Assembly: GCA_020025115.1 (NCBI GenBank)
Contig: JAHHSP010000001.1
Location: 1-35,491, forward strand
Direction of reading: 5' to 3'
DNA: 35,491 bases
DNA from: Collinsella sp.
GTDB taxonomy: Bacteria; Actinomycetota; Coriobacteriia; Coriobacteriales; Coriobacteriaceae
A model generated the notes under the pieces. That model did no database searches. It worked only from the letters and a program-made list of their open reading frames with translations, and was not told the origin of the DNA. Numbering within the stretch: position 1 is the stretch's first letter; the number at the start of each line of letters is the position of its first letter. Shown in pieces: positions 1 to 9,725 of the stretch. The position numbers and the translations under genes were made by a program.

Positions 1-479
1 GTCTGGGACTGGTAGCGCTTGGTGAAGTCATCGCGCTCGAGGATGCGGGCCACGGTGAACTTGGAGGCGATGGAGAGGAGCTCCTTGAGGTCCATGGGGA
101 ACATCCAGTCGCCGTTGTGGACGATGGTGGTCTTCTCGGGGTCGAGGATCTTCATGGCCTGGGAGACGTAGGTCGCGGCGTTGGCCTCGACCTCCTCCTG
201 GGTGAGCTGCGGGCGCGTGGAGTTCTTGCCGGACGGGTCGCCGATGGTCGCAGTGCCGTTACCGATGATGAGGGTCACGCGATGGCCGAGGTCCTGGAAC
301 TGGCGCATCTTGCGCAGCGGGACGGCATGGCCGAGGTGGAGGTCCGGGCTCGTGGGGTCGACCCCCAGCTTGACGTTGAGCGGCACGCCGCGCTCGAGCT
401 TTTTCTTGAGGTCGGCCTCGGGCACGATCTTGGAAGCGCCGGAGGTGATGATGCGCATTTGCTCGTCTACGGGCAACAT
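1..479 (-). CDS. tyrS: Tyrosine--tRNA ligase, N-terminal part (runs off the window start; not in the ORF track)
   Basis: Manual translation from ATG at 479: MLPVDEQMRIITSGASKIVPEADLKKKLERGVPLNVKLGVDPTSPDLHLGH...IGDPSGK...ILERDDF. Shows the HIGH-type motif (HLGH) and TyrRS signatures; SD-like GGAAAGGTG upstream. Confidence 0.96.
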   Translation of the reverse strand, partial: MLPVDEQMRIITSGASKIVPEADLKKKLERGVPLNVKLGVDPTSPDLHLGHAVPLRKMRQFQDLGHRVTLIIGNGTATIGDPSGKNSTRPQLTQEEVEANAATYVSQAMKILDPEKTTIVHNGDWMFPMDLKELLSIASKFTVARILERDDFTKRYQSQ

Positions 480-572
480 GAGATGCACCTTTCCTGGAGG
501 GTCATAGCACCCTCGCCGCGACCACGCGCGAACGGCGCGAACGGGCGGTGCTGAGAAACGACAGATCAGTTA

Positions 573-602
573 AGTGTAGCCGAACTGCTCGAGCGTCTGC
601 AA
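573..602 (-). promoter_or_regulatory. Putative sigma70-type promoter for tyrS
   Basis: Minus strand TTGCAG-N18-TACACT directly after the stop of the U32 gene. Confidence 0.5.
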
Positions 603-607
603 TCGCG

Positions 608-2860
608 CTAAACACGATACAGGCGCGTTCTCCCCTTCTCGTCCACGAGCACGGCGAGACGCGCTCCCGAGCTCTTGCGGTCGAGCTCGACGAGGAAGCG
701 GTCCCCCGCCCGACTCGCGAGGCGGCGCGGGCAGGTGGGGCAGTCGTTCGAACACGGGCCCTCGGCGGTGAGCAGGCAATGTTCCGTGATCATGAGGGGC
801 GTCGTCCCTTCTGCCGCGATGCCGACGGCATCGCCGGGATGGCATGGGGCGAGATGTCGGACCCCCGCGGATTCGATGGACGAGGCACCCGCGGCCACGC
901 CACGATGCGCGCGAACCGACGCGAGGTCCTCGGGCGCGAGCTCCTCGGGAAGCCAAACGCGACGCGCCCCGAGGCGGACCAGGACACGGACCGTCTCGGC
1001 GTTCCACACCTGCAGCGGCGGCGCCGCCTCCCAGGGGACGCCGGCCGCCCGAACCGCCGGAATCTGGCCGATATTGCGAACCATGGCGGCAGCGGCCTCG
1101 CCGCGGGCGACACGCTCGCACGCAGTCCGCACATCCTCGAGGTCCTCACGGCGGCAAACCTCACCGAGATCGGCGACGGCGCGAGGCGATGCGCCCATAT
1201 CGCCCTCCACCGGCGCGCCCGCCGTCCCGGTCGCCGCCAAGGCCACCGTCCGCGCAATGACCCCATCGCCGCCCCGAACGGCCTCGAGCTCGCTCGAAAC
1301 CCGCCATGCCGTAGCACCTTGGCCCTTCACGACCGTTTTCTGGCCAACTTCCACCGCTTTTTGGCCGTGTTTTGCCATGTCCATGCAATCCGGCGCATCG
1401 CTCCCATTTTCTCGACGGCGGCGAATATGGGCGGAACGGGCGACTTCCGCGATCGCGAGGCCGACGCCTGCGGTGGCGGCGGGGCCCCCGTCACGACCAG
1501 GCGCGGCTCCCGTAGCGTCGAAACACGCATCGGGCGATGCCCCCTCCGATGCCGCGGCAGCCAGATGGGCCTCCTCTTCGCGCATCTCCCGCACCGCGGC
1601 CTCGGCATCTGAGATCATGCCGACCGAACGGACCACGTGCACGGCACTGCCCGCCTCGACCTTTCGCTTGCAGGGGATGAACACCTCTTCTCCCGAGCGA
1701 GCATCGCAAGGGCATGAGACGATGGGCCAGCGCCTGGGCACGTCGGCCGGCGCATCGGGACCGGGAGTCGAGCGAATCTCGAGCATGTCGCCGGCAGCCA
1801 CCTCGCGCTCAAACGCCACCAGCGCCCCCTCGTAGCGCGGCTCCGAAACACGCCCGACGCACAAGCCCTGGTTGATGGCACGCGCGATGCTCATGAGATC
1901 GGCGCCGGTGGCGGCGTGACCGCCCTCGAGGTACCCGGAGGTAAAGCCGCGGCTGAACGAGCGCGCCAGTCGCGCCTCCAGCTCGCCAAGCTCGGCATCG
2001 CCGAGCGGACGGCCGGCCAGCGCGGCGTCAAGCGCCTCGCGATAGCATCGCACCACGTTGTACACATAGTCGGGGCCTTTCATGCGCCCCTCGATCTTGA
2101 ATGCCGATACACCCGCCTCGACCATCTCGCCGATATGCCGGATGCCGAGGTAGTCGCGCGGGCACAGCAGGCGGTCGCCGTCTAGCCGCGTCGCCGGGTC
2201 GCCCACCGCGCGCCCACGCTCCCAGGCACCGCCCGCGAGCACCGCGCCCGAACCGTCTTGCAGCTCGTAGGCCAAACGGCATGGCTGGGTGCAGTCGCCG
2301 CGATTGGCCGAGCGGCCCCGCATCAAAGCTGAATACGAGCAGGCTCCGGAATAGCAGATGCAGATCGCCCCATGGCAGAACGCCTCGATCTCGACGCCCG
2401 TGTCGCATAGCCCGCCCAGCTCGGCAACTGACAGCTCGCGGGCGCACGTCACGCGATCAACGCCGAGCTCGTACGCGGCAAAGTCCACAGCGGCGGCGCA
2501 CTGCGCGCCCGCCTGGGTGGAAAGGTGCAGCTCGGCCTCGGGCAACTCGGCGCGGACACGGGAAATGAGGCCCATGTCCGCGATGATCAGGGCGTCGGCC
2601 CCCGCGTCGAGCGCACGGGCGGCCAGCGCCACGGCATCATCGAGCTCGTCGTCCCGCACGTACACGTTGAGCGTCACGTAGACGCGAGCACCGCGGGCGT
2701 GCGCCAACACGCACGCCTCCGAGAGTTCACCAAGCGAGAAACCGCTGTTGGCCGCCCGCGCGTTGAACGCGCCGAGTCCCACATACACGGCGTCGGCGCG
2801 GGCGGCCAGCGCCGCACGCAGCGCATCGGGAGTGCCCGCAGGCGCCAAAAGCTCAACCAT
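608..2860 (-). CDS. U32 peptidase-family Fe-S protein (RlhA/TrhP-like RNA hydroxylase family), paralog 1
   Basis: ELLAPAG, HLSTQ, EAFCHGAICICYSGAC...SANRGDCTQPCR, LCPRD and FKIEGRMK motifs; Cys-rich C-terminus; SD GGAAAGG before the ATG. Confidence 0.9.
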   Translation of the reverse strand: MVELLAPAGTPDALRAALAARADAVYVGLGAFNARAANSGFSLGELSEACVLAHARGARVYVTLNVYVRDDELDDAVALAARALDAGADALIIADMGLISRVRAELPEAELHLSTQAGAQCAAAVDFAAYELGVDRVTCARELSVAELGGLCDTGVEIEAFCHGAICICYSGACSYSALMRGRSANRGDCTQPCRLAYELQDGSGAVLAGGAWERGRAVGDPATRLDGDRLLCPRDYLGIRHIGEMVEAGVSAFKIEGRMKGPDYVYNVVRCYREALDAALAGRPLGDAELGELEARLARSFSRGFTSGYLEGGHAATGADLMSIARAINQGLCVGRVSEPRYEGALVAFEREVAAGDMLEIRSTPGPDAPADVPRRWPIVSCPCDARSGEEVFIPCKRKVEAGSAVHVVRSVGMISDAEAAVREMREEEAHLAAAASEGASPDACFDATGAAPGRDGGPAATAGVGLAIAEVARSAHIRRRRENGSDAPDCMDMAKHGQKAVEVGQKTVVKGQGATAWRVSSELEAVRGGDGVIARTVALAATGTAGAPVEGDMGASPRAVADLGEVCRREDLEDVRTACERVARGEAAAAMVRNIGQIPAVRAAGVPWEAAPPLQVWNAETVRVLVRLGARRVWLPEELAPEDLASVRAHRGVAAGASSIESAGVRHLAPCHPGDAVGIAAEGTTPLMITEHCLLTAEGPCSNDCPTCPRRLASRAGDRFLVELDRKSSGARLAVLVDEKGRTRLYRV

Positions 2861-2998
2861 ATCCGCCCTTTCCCGGCATGTAATTTAGCTTGAGGAACCG
2901 ACGCCACACGGGCGCGGGACCTTGCATGCGGTATCGTATCAGCTATCTATGTGTACGTGATCGGGTTCCTCGCCCGATTGAATCGCAGGAGGTCAACT

Positions 2999-5140
2999 AT
3001 GGTTCCTCGCCAGCGCAACGCGCGCTCTCGCGCCAAAACGCACGCCACCCCCGTCGTGCTCTTCTCCGTGCTGGGCTTTCTCCTCGTCGCCGGCATCGCA
3101 TTCGGCATCGGCATGGTCGGCAACATCAACCGCTGGCTGTCCGACCTCCCCGACTACACGAACGCCGACGAGTACCTCGTGAGCGAGCCCACGCATATCC
3201 TGGACTCCCAGGGCACCGAGATCGCGACGTTCTTCGTGCAGAATCGCGAGAGCGTCACGGCGGACAGGGTCTCCAAATGGGTCCTCAAGGGCACCGTCGA
3301 CGTCGAGGACGAGCGCTTCTACGAGCACAACGGCGTCGACATCATCGGCATCGGACGCGCCGTGCTGGCGCAGCTCTCCGGACGATCCGAGGGCGCGTCG
3401 ACCATTACCCAGCAACTCGTGCGCAACACGATCTTGTCTGAAGAGCAGTTCGATCAGACCATCGAGCGCAAGGTGCGCGAGGCATTCATCGCCATGGAGA
3501 TGGAGAAGATCTTCTCCAAGGACGAGATCCTCATGATGTACCTCAACACCATCTATTACGGGCACGGCGCCTACGGCATCCAGGCCGCCTCCAAGACGTA
3601 CCTCTCCAAGAACGCCGACGAGCTCACGCTCGCGGAGGCCGCATTGCTCATCGGCCTGCCGAACTCCCCCTCCCACTACGACCCCACCGTCAACCCCGAC
3701 GTGGCCGTCGACCGCCGCAACAAGGTCCTCGGCAACATGCTGCGCATCGGGACCATCTCCCAGGAGGAGCACGACGCCGCCGTGGCCGAGCCTCTCGCGC
3801 TCAACGTCACCGAGACCTCTAACACCGGCATCTCCGTATACGCGCATCCCTACTTCGTCGACTACGTGAAGTCCCTGCTGCAGGAGGAATTCTCCACCGA
3901 CGTCCTGTTCAAGGGCGGCCTCACCGTGACCACCACCATCGACCCCGCGATCCAACAGGCCGCCGAGACCGCCGCCGTCGAGAATATCAACAAGTACCCT
4001 GCCGCCGCGGACCTGCAGATCGGCATGAGCGTGGTCGATCCCAAGACCGGCTATATCAAGGCCATGGTCGGCGGCCGCGATTACAATGCGGATCCCAACC
4101 ACGTCAACCACGCGACCGCCAAGCGCCAGCCCGGCTCCTCCTTCAAGAGCTTCACCCTGGCCACCGCCATCAAGATGGGCGTGAACCCCAACATCACCAT
4201 CAACTGCGAGTCGCCCCTGTACTGGGACAACCCCGGCGGTCAGGACATCAAGATCCAAAACTACGGTAACCACAACTACGGATATCGCTCCCTCGCCTCG
4301 GCGACCGCCGTGTCCTCCAACACCGGGTACGTGCAGCTGGCCGAGACCATCGGCAACCAGAACATCCTGCAGACCTGCAAGAGCCTCGGTCTGGACACCT
4401 CCTCGATGCACGACGTCCTCTCGATGACGCTGGGCACCGGCGACGTCACGACGCTGCAAATGGCCAGTGCCTACGCCTCCTTCGCAAACGGCGGAGAGCA
4501 CCGCGCGCCCGTGGCCATCACCGAGATCAAGTCGCGCACCGGCGAGGTCGTATACACGCATAAGGAGGAGAAGACCCAGGCCCTCACCGCCGGCGACGCC
4601 GCGGCCGTGACCGAGGTTCTCAAAACCGTCATGGAACGCGATGGCACGGGCGCCGCGGGCAATCCCTGGATCAAGCAGCCCGTAGCCGGCAAGACGGGAA
4701 CCGCCGGTACCGCCTCAGACACCACCGACCTGTGGTTCTGCGGCTATACCCCGCAGCTCTCCGTCTCGATCTGGGTCGGTCACTCCGGCACGAACATGCC
4801 CATCAAGAACGTCAACAACAACACGATGACGCTGCCCGTCTTCAAGACCTTCATGAAAACCGTCCTGGCAGACGCGCCGCGTGAGGAATTCCCCGAGGGG
4901 CCGGCTCCCGAGTACAAGCCCAACAGCGAATGGAAGTTCTCTCATACCAAGTCCCCCGCGGAGCTCGCCGCCGAGCAGGAGGCGGAAGAGGCGGCCAAGA
5001 AGGAAGAGGAATCCGGGAGCGATGGGGGCGAAGCGCAGCAGCCTCAGCCTCCCGTGACACCCGAGCCTCACGTGACCCCCGAGCCCGCGCCTGCGCCCAC
5101 ACCCGCGCCCGACGGGACGGCCCCCACGACACCTCAGTAA
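2999..5140 (+). CDS. Class A penicillin-binding protein (transglycosylase/transpeptidase, PBP1A family)
   Basis: N-terminal TM segment; EDERFYEHNG, GASTITQQ and RKVRE transglycosylase motifs; SSFK, SSN and KTG transpeptidase motifs; Pro/Glu-rich tail. Start moved to ATG 2999, after AGGAGG. Confidence 0.95.
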   Translation: MVPRQRNARSRAKTHATPVVLFSVLGFLLVAGIAFGIGMVGNINRWLSDLPDYTNADEYLVSEPTHILDSQGTEIATFFVQNRESVTADRVSKWVLKGTVDVEDERFYEHNGVDIIGIGRAVLAQLSGRSEGASTITQQLVRNTILSEEQFDQTIERKVREAFIAMEMEKIFSKDEILMMYLNTIYYGHGAYGIQAASKTYLSKNADELTLAEAALLIGLPNSPSHYDPTVNPDVAVDRRNKVLGNMLRIGTISQEEHDAAVAEPLALNVTETSNTGISVYAHPYFVDYVKSLLQEEFSTDVLFKGGLTVTTTIDPAIQQAAETAAVENINKYPAAADLQIGMSVVDPKTGYIKAMVGGRDYNADPNHVNHATAKRQPGSSFKSFTLATAIKMGVNPNITINCESPLYWDNPGGQDIKIQNYGNHNYGYRSLASATAVSSNTGYVQLAETIGNQNILQTCKSLGLDTSSMHDVLSMTLGTGDVTTLQMASAYASFANGGEHRAPVAITEIKSRTGEVVYTHKEEKTQALTAGDAAAVTEVLKTVMERDGTGAAGNPWIKQPVAGKTGTAGTASDTTDLWFCGYTPQLSVSIWVGHSGTNMPIKNVNNNTMTLPVFKTFMKTVLADAPREEFPEGPAPEYKPNSEWKFSHTKSPAELAAEQEAEEAAKKEEESGSDGGEAQQPQPPVTPEPHVTPEPAPAPTPAPDGTAPTTPQ

Positions 5141-5156
5141 CCCGCGCCACGTGCAA

Positions 5157-5196
5157 ACGAACATCGCCCCCGTCACATGACGGGGGCGATGTTCGT
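5157..5196. terminator. Long hairpin between convergent PBP and argR, likely a terminator
   Basis: Perfect 19-bp inverted repeat ACGAACATCGCCCCCGTCA-ca-TGACGGGGGCGATGTTCGT, 16 nt after the PBP stop. Confidence 0.75.
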
Positions 5197-5415
5197 ATAA
5201 GTCCACTGTGAAAAGCCGATGATGGGATGCGTGTGCGGCGGAAAACGGTCCGGCAGGGCCGCCGCATCGCGCATCGAAGGCTCCCGGTGCATCCCTTTGA
5301 CCGACCGGCCCCGCACCCTACCTTGAACGGCGCCAATAGGACGCGAGCAGCGCGATAAGCGCGATGGGGAGAATCGCGAGCAGCACGAACAGCACAGCGT
5401 GCACGATCATGGGGC

Positions 5416-5853
5416 TCACTTGCGAACGCTCCTCAACTTACCGATCATGAGCTCGAACTGCTCGCCGTCGGATGCGGTCCGCGTGATGACGAGAATGGTG
5501 TCGTTGCCCGCGAGCGAACCCAGCACATCGGGCAGCTCGGCCGCATCGATGGCAGCGGCGATGCCGAGGGCCGTGCCGGGCTGGGCCTTGATGATCACGA
5601 GATTCTCGGTGCGCTGCACTCCGATCACCAATTCGGAGACCATGCGCTGCAGATGCAGGTCCTCTGCCAGAACGTACATGCCCTCCGGAAGTTTGTGCAG
5701 TCCCATGTCGGCGATATCGCGCGACACGGTCGCCTGGGTGCAGTCGAAACCGCATGCCTTGAGCTCGTCGACGAGCATCCGTTGCGTGCGAACATCCGCA
5801 GTGCGCACGATCTCGCGAATAGCGTCCTGACGACCGTTGCGTTTCTTGGCCAT
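5416..5853 (-). CDS. argR: Arginine repressor
   Basis: RQDAIREIV, TQATVSRDI (winged HTH) and GSLAGNDTI (Arg-binding) motifs; start assigned to ATG 5853. Confidence 0.95.
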   Translation of the reverse strand: MAKKRNGRQDAIREIVRTADVRTQRMLVDELKACGFDCTQATVSRDIADMGLHKLPEGMYVLAEDLHLQRMVSELVIGVQRTENLVIIKAQPGTALGIAAAIDAAELPDVLGSLAGNDTILVITRTASDGEQFELMIGKLRSVRK

Positions 5854-5981
5854 GGCAATCACCGTCCCCATTGCGGGCACGCCACGCGAGGCGAAACGTG
5901 CCCGTAACTCAGGCCCTCTCGAACCCCTTTATGCTTATGATTGAACCATTCTTGCATAGAGCACGCAATTGATAAGCACAA

Positions 5982-5999
5982 GGTGAATAATGTTGCAAA
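5982..5999. promoter_or_regulatory. Putative ARG box upstream of argR
   Basis: TGAAT-aatg-TTGCA (5984-5997) is one mismatch from the TGMAT-N4-ATKCA core and lies in an AT-rich patch upstream of argR; ArgR autoregulation is common. Confidence 0.45.
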
Positions 6000-6017
6000 A
6001 TTCACGATTCCGCAAGA

Positions 6018-6866
6018 CTATGGGCACGGCGTCAGAGCGCCCTCGTCATAGGCGACGTCCATGAAGCACAGGCCGCGAGCGGGTGCAGTGGGACCTGCCG
6101 CCCGTCGATCGCAGGCGGCAAGCGCGTTGGAAAGCCATCGCTCGTCCTTTCGGCCTGCGCCGACCTCGACCAGGCTGCCCACGATCGTCCGCACCATCGA
6201 GTGCAAAAACGCATTGCCGGTGATGGTGAAGGCGATATGCTCCTCCCCCAGCGCCGATGCCCGCTCAAGCGAAACCGCCATGACGTTGCGGCACGTGGGC
6301 TTGTCGACAGCGGAGGACGTTTTGCAGAAGCTCTTGAAATCGTGTTCCCCCACCAAACATGCCGCGGCACGCTCCATGGCATCCACATCGAGCGGCAGTC
6401 GATGCCACCATGTGACGGAACGCGTGAGCAGCGGAGGGGCGTCTCCGGTGACGATGCGGTACCTGTAGGTGCGCGAACGCGCATCGAAGCGGGCCGAGAA
6501 ACCGGGGCGTGAATGGTATACGGCACTCAATGCGATATCGGAGGGCAGCAGGGCCGCCATGGCGCGCATCCAACGGGCATGCGTGATGGCGAGCTCGCCG
6601 GCATGTGCGGGGATGCTCACATACTGAGACACGGCGTGGACGCCGGCGTCCGTGCGCCCGGCGCAGGTCAGGTCGACGGGACGCCTCAAGAATGTTTCGA
6701 GCGCCCGCCGAACCTCGCCCGCCACGGTCCTGAGGCCCCCGGGCTGCTCGGCAAACCCGCTGAAGGCGGCGCCATCATAGCCCAAGCGGAACACGAGCGT
6801 ACCATCGAGCTCATCGTCGACCGGACAGAGCCGGGACGTGGATGCGAGGGCGGCGGTCTTGGTCAT
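6018..6866 (-). CDS. truA: tRNA pseudouridine(38-40) synthase
   Basis: YDGAAFSGF, AGRTDAGVHA, FSARFDA, GEHDFKSF and NAFLHSMVR motifs. Confidence 0.97.
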   Translation of the reverse strand: MTKTAALASTSRLCPVDDELDGTLVFRLGYDGAAFSGFAEQPGGLRTVAGEVRRALETFLRRPVDLTCAGRTDAGVHAVSQYVSIPAHAGELAITHARWMRAMAALLPSDIALSAVYHSRPGFSARFDARSRTYRYRIVTGDAPPLLTRSVTWWHRLPLDVDAMERAAACLVGEHDFKSFCKTSSAVDKPTCRNVMAVSLERASALGEEHIAFTITGNAFLHSMVRTIVGSLVEVGAGRKDERWLSNALAACDRRAAGPTAPARGLCFMDVAYDEGALTPCP

Positions 6867-6887
6867 GGAATCCCCTTTCGTTCGGGC

Positions 6888-9110
6888 TCATCCTATCAAA
6901 GAAGCGGCGATCGCGGCCGCCATGAACGTCAACGAGCCCGCGAGCAGCACTCGGTCATGGCGTCCAAGCGGTCGGGGCGCCGGCAGCCGACCGGTGGAAG
7001 ACGCATCGTAGCAGCGGGCGGACATGGCCTCGGCAAGTCGGTCGGAACGACGGAACAGCCCCACCATAAGCGGTGTGAGCACCGAACTCCAAATGCGGAT
7101 GCGCATAATGAGGCCGCCCTCGTCGAAGCGGGCCCCACGGGCGCGCTGCGCCAGTCGAATGCGGCCGAGCTCCTCACTCACCAAGGGAATGAAACGCAAC
7201 GCGAGCGACAGCACCGTGCTGAGTGCGGCCACGGGCATGCCCAAGCGCGCAAACGGACGCAGCAGACGCACCACCGCGTCGCTAATCTGCGTGGCGGTGG
7301 TGGAAATCGACACCGCCAGGGAAAATCCAACGAGCAGCAAGATTCGCGCAACGGCAGCGGCTCCCCGCATGCCACCGGCGAAATCGAGCCCGATGGGCCC
7401 CGCAAGCGGCATTGCACCGCCGCCGTCGCAGGACACGAGATTGGCCGCGAGCGTGAACATCAAGATGATGGCGACGGGTCGCATGCCACGAAGCACGTCC
7501 CGAACGCCCAAGCGTGCGCCACGCATCGCGACCGCAAGCGCAACGATCCAAAAGCACCACTCACGCGGGGCGGCGGCGGTAAAGACGCCGAGCGTGGCGA
7601 AGATGAGCAACGTGATTTTGACGCGCGCGTCGATATGGGAGAGCGGTGCACCCGCCACATAGCCACCGAATGGTCCCATGAAGCCCTGAGAGCGCACAGG
7701 ACCCCTCCTGAGAGTCGATGGGCCCTCGGAGTCGGCAGCATGCGCCTCGACGCCCTCGAGGCCCTCTGAGTGCAGCGTACCGCCCTCCAACACAAGCACC
7801 CGGTCGGCAAGGCGCTCCCATTCGGGAAGATCGTGCGTGACAACGAGAACCGCGCGACCATCGCCGGCAAGCTTGCAGGCAATCCCGTGGATGAACGAAC
7901 GGCCCTCAGCATCGAGGGCGGCGCTCGGCTCGTCGAAGATGTAAACCGGCGCATCCAAAGCGATGACGGAGGCAATGGCCACACGGCGCGCCTGGCCTCC
8001 CGAAAGCTCGAACGGAGAACGATTGAGCACATCCGATGAAAGCCCGACCGCTTCGATGGAGCGCTCCACGAGCACGTGGACCTCACGCTCGCCGAGACCG
8101 GCGTTTCTCGGCGCAAAGGCCACCTCATCGAAGACGGTATCGTGGAAGAACTGCGCTTCGGGTTGTTGGAACGCCACCCCCACCATACCTGGTGCCACGG
8201 CACGGCCACATACCCGCACCATACCCGCATCAGGCTCGAGCAGACCGGCGCAAAGGGAGGAGAGGGTCGATTTTCCAGCGCCGGACGCGCCGGCGAGTAT
8301 CGCAAGCTCACCGGCGCGCAACTCAAGGTCGACGGCATCGAGAATCGTTCGTCCCCCATGGGAGAATCTGACGCCGTCGAGCGACACGACGACGTCTCCG
8401 GCGAGCCCGGCAGAGACTCGACGCTCAAGGCGGGCTCCGGGCTCGGCCTCGACGGGGGATCCTTCTTGAACGTCGGACCCATCGCACGCGAAGGTCCTGT
8501 CGGCAAGCGCGATCTCGTCCGCGTCATGCGTGATAAGGACGATCCCCATACCGCGTTCGTGGGAAAGCATGGCAAACAGTCCCCGCATGAGCTCTCGAGA
8601 ACTCGGGTCGAGCTGGGAGGTGGGTTCGTCGAGCACAAGGTAACGCGGGCGCATGGCCAGCACGCCGGCAAGCGCGAGGCGCTGCTGCTCGCCCCCGGAC
8701 AACTCCACTGTGACTCGCTGGCCAAATCCATGCAGCAACGACAATTCCAAGGCCTCGTCAACGCGAAGCGCAACCTCATCTTCATCGATACCGAGGTTAC
8801 GCGGACCGAACGCAACCTCATCGAATACCAGCGACGAGACGATTTGGTCGACCGGATCTTGTCGAACGTAACCGACTAGCTCGCGGACACGCAAGCGTTC
8901 GAGCTCGCTGACGGAAGGGTCGTGACCGTCAACGACCACGGCACCTCCGTCAACAAGCTGCACGGCACATATTACGCGCCCCAGCGTTGATTTTCCGCAG
9001 CCGTTCCGTCCCACCAGGGCAACGATCTCGCCGGGGGCGATACTGAACGACATGCCGTCGATCACGGCGGTACCGTCATAGGCGATGGAGACTTCGCGCA
9101 GGTCGATCAT
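6888..9110 (-). CDS. Fused ECF transporter module: two ATPase domains plus transmembrane T component
   Basis: Walker A GRNGCGKST with LSGGEQQR and DEPT; second GASGAGKST with LSGGQARR and DEPS; C-terminal EcfT/CbiQ domain (DARVKI, LRFIP, AQRARG, AMSARCY). Canonical position between rplQ and truA. Confidence 0.9.
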   Translation of the reverse strand: MIDLREVSIAYDGTAVIDGMSFSIAPGEIVALVGRNGCGKSTLGRVICAVQLVDGGAVVVDGHDPSVSELERLRVRELVGYVRQDPVDQIVSSLVFDEVAFGPRNLGIDEDEVALRVDEALELSLLHGFGQRVTVELSGGEQQRLALAGVLAMRPRYLVLDEPTSQLDPSSRELMRGLFAMLSHERGMGIVLITHDADEIALADRTFACDGSDVQEGSPVEAEPGARLERRVSAGLAGDVVVSLDGVRFSHGGRTILDAVDLELRAGELAILAGASGAGKSTLSSLCAGLLEPDAGMVRVCGRAVAPGMVGVAFQQPEAQFFHDTVFDEVAFAPRNAGLGEREVHVLVERSIEAVGLSSDVLNRSPFELSGGQARRVAIASVIALDAPVYIFDEPSAALDAEGRSFIHGIACKLAGDGRAVLVVTHDLPEWERLADRVLVLEGGTLHSEGLEGVEAHAADSEGPSTLRRGPVRSQGFMGPFGGYVAGAPLSHIDARVKITLLIFATLGVFTAAAPREWCFWIVALAVAMRGARLGVRDVLRGMRPVAIILMFTLAANLVSCDGGGAMPLAGPIGLDFAGGMRGAAAVARILLLVGFSLAVSISTTATQISDAVVRLLRPFARLGMPVAALSTVLSLALRFIPLVSEELGRIRLAQRARGARFDEGGLIMRIRIWSSVLTPLMVGLFRRSDRLAEAMSARCYDASSTGRLPAPRPLGRHDRVLLAGSLTFMAAAIAASLIG

Positions 9111-9149
9111 GTCACCCCCCCTCTCAACTTCACTCTTGTGCGGGATACG

Positions 9150-9178
9150 AAAAAGGGCGGTTCCGAAGAACCGCCCTT
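9150..9178 (-). terminator. Intrinsic terminator at the end of the alpha operon
   Basis: Minus strand AAGGGCGGTTC-TTCG-GAACCGCCCTT-TTT (UUCG tetraloop plus U tract) after rplQ. Confidence 0.85.
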
Positions 9179-9204
9179 GCATGCAGCTAGCAAAGTAGCA
9201 CGAG

Positions 9205-9699
9205 CTACTCGGCAGACTCCTCAGCCGGAGCCTCGGAAGCCTCGGTCTCGACGACCTCGGCAGCCTCCTCGACCTCGACGACCTTGGGGGCAGCGGCCTT
9301 CTTGGCCGGAGCGGCCTTCTTGGCCTTGGGGACGCAGGGCTCGGAAACGATCTCGATGATGACCATCTCGGCGCAATCGCCCTTGCGCGGACCGAGCTTC
9401 ATGATGCGGGTGTAACCGCCGTTGCGGTCGGCCCACATGCCCTGAGCGGCCTTATCGAAAATCTCGGCGACGAGGTTCTTGTCACCAAGCTTGGCGATGG
9501 CGAGACGACGAGAGTGCAGGTCGCCCTTCTTGGCCCAAGTGATGATAGGCTCGGCGTAGCTGCGCAGCGCCTTGGCGCGGGTCTCGGTGGTCTTGATGCG
9601 ATCGTTCTCGAAGAGCGCCTTGGCAAGGCTCTTCTTCATGGCCTTGGTGTGGCTGGCATCGGTGCCGAGCTTTAGGCCCTTCTTCTTGTTGTGACGCAT
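9205..9699 (-). CDS. rplQ: 50S ribosomal protein L17 with Ala/Lys/Glu-rich C-terminal extension
   Basis: MRH...IKTTETRAK...RNGGYTRIMKLGPRKGD. Confidence 0.98.
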   Translation of the reverse strand: MRHNKKKGLKLGTDASHTKAMKKSLAKALFENDRIKTTETRAKALRSYAEPIITWAKKGDLHSRRLAIAKLGDKNLVAEIFDKAAQGMWADRNGGYTRIMKLGPRKGDCAEMVIIEIVSEPCVPKAKKAAPAKKAAAPKVVEVEEAAEVVETEASEAPAEESAE

Positions 9700-9725
9700 G
9701 GTCTGGTTCTCCTCTATTACCTGGG

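Noticed and set aside
480..607. T-box riboswitch upstream of tyrS
   Set aside because: The region is too short, and no T-box consensus or specifier stem could be recognised.
4960..5137. Pro/Thr/Glu repeats at the PBP C-terminus (VTPEP twice, PAPAP)
   Set aside because: This is an ordinary disordered tail of class A PBPs.
5340..5405. Short CGCGAGCAGC repeats downstream of argR
   Set aside because: Short, GC-rich and irregularly spaced; no array structure.
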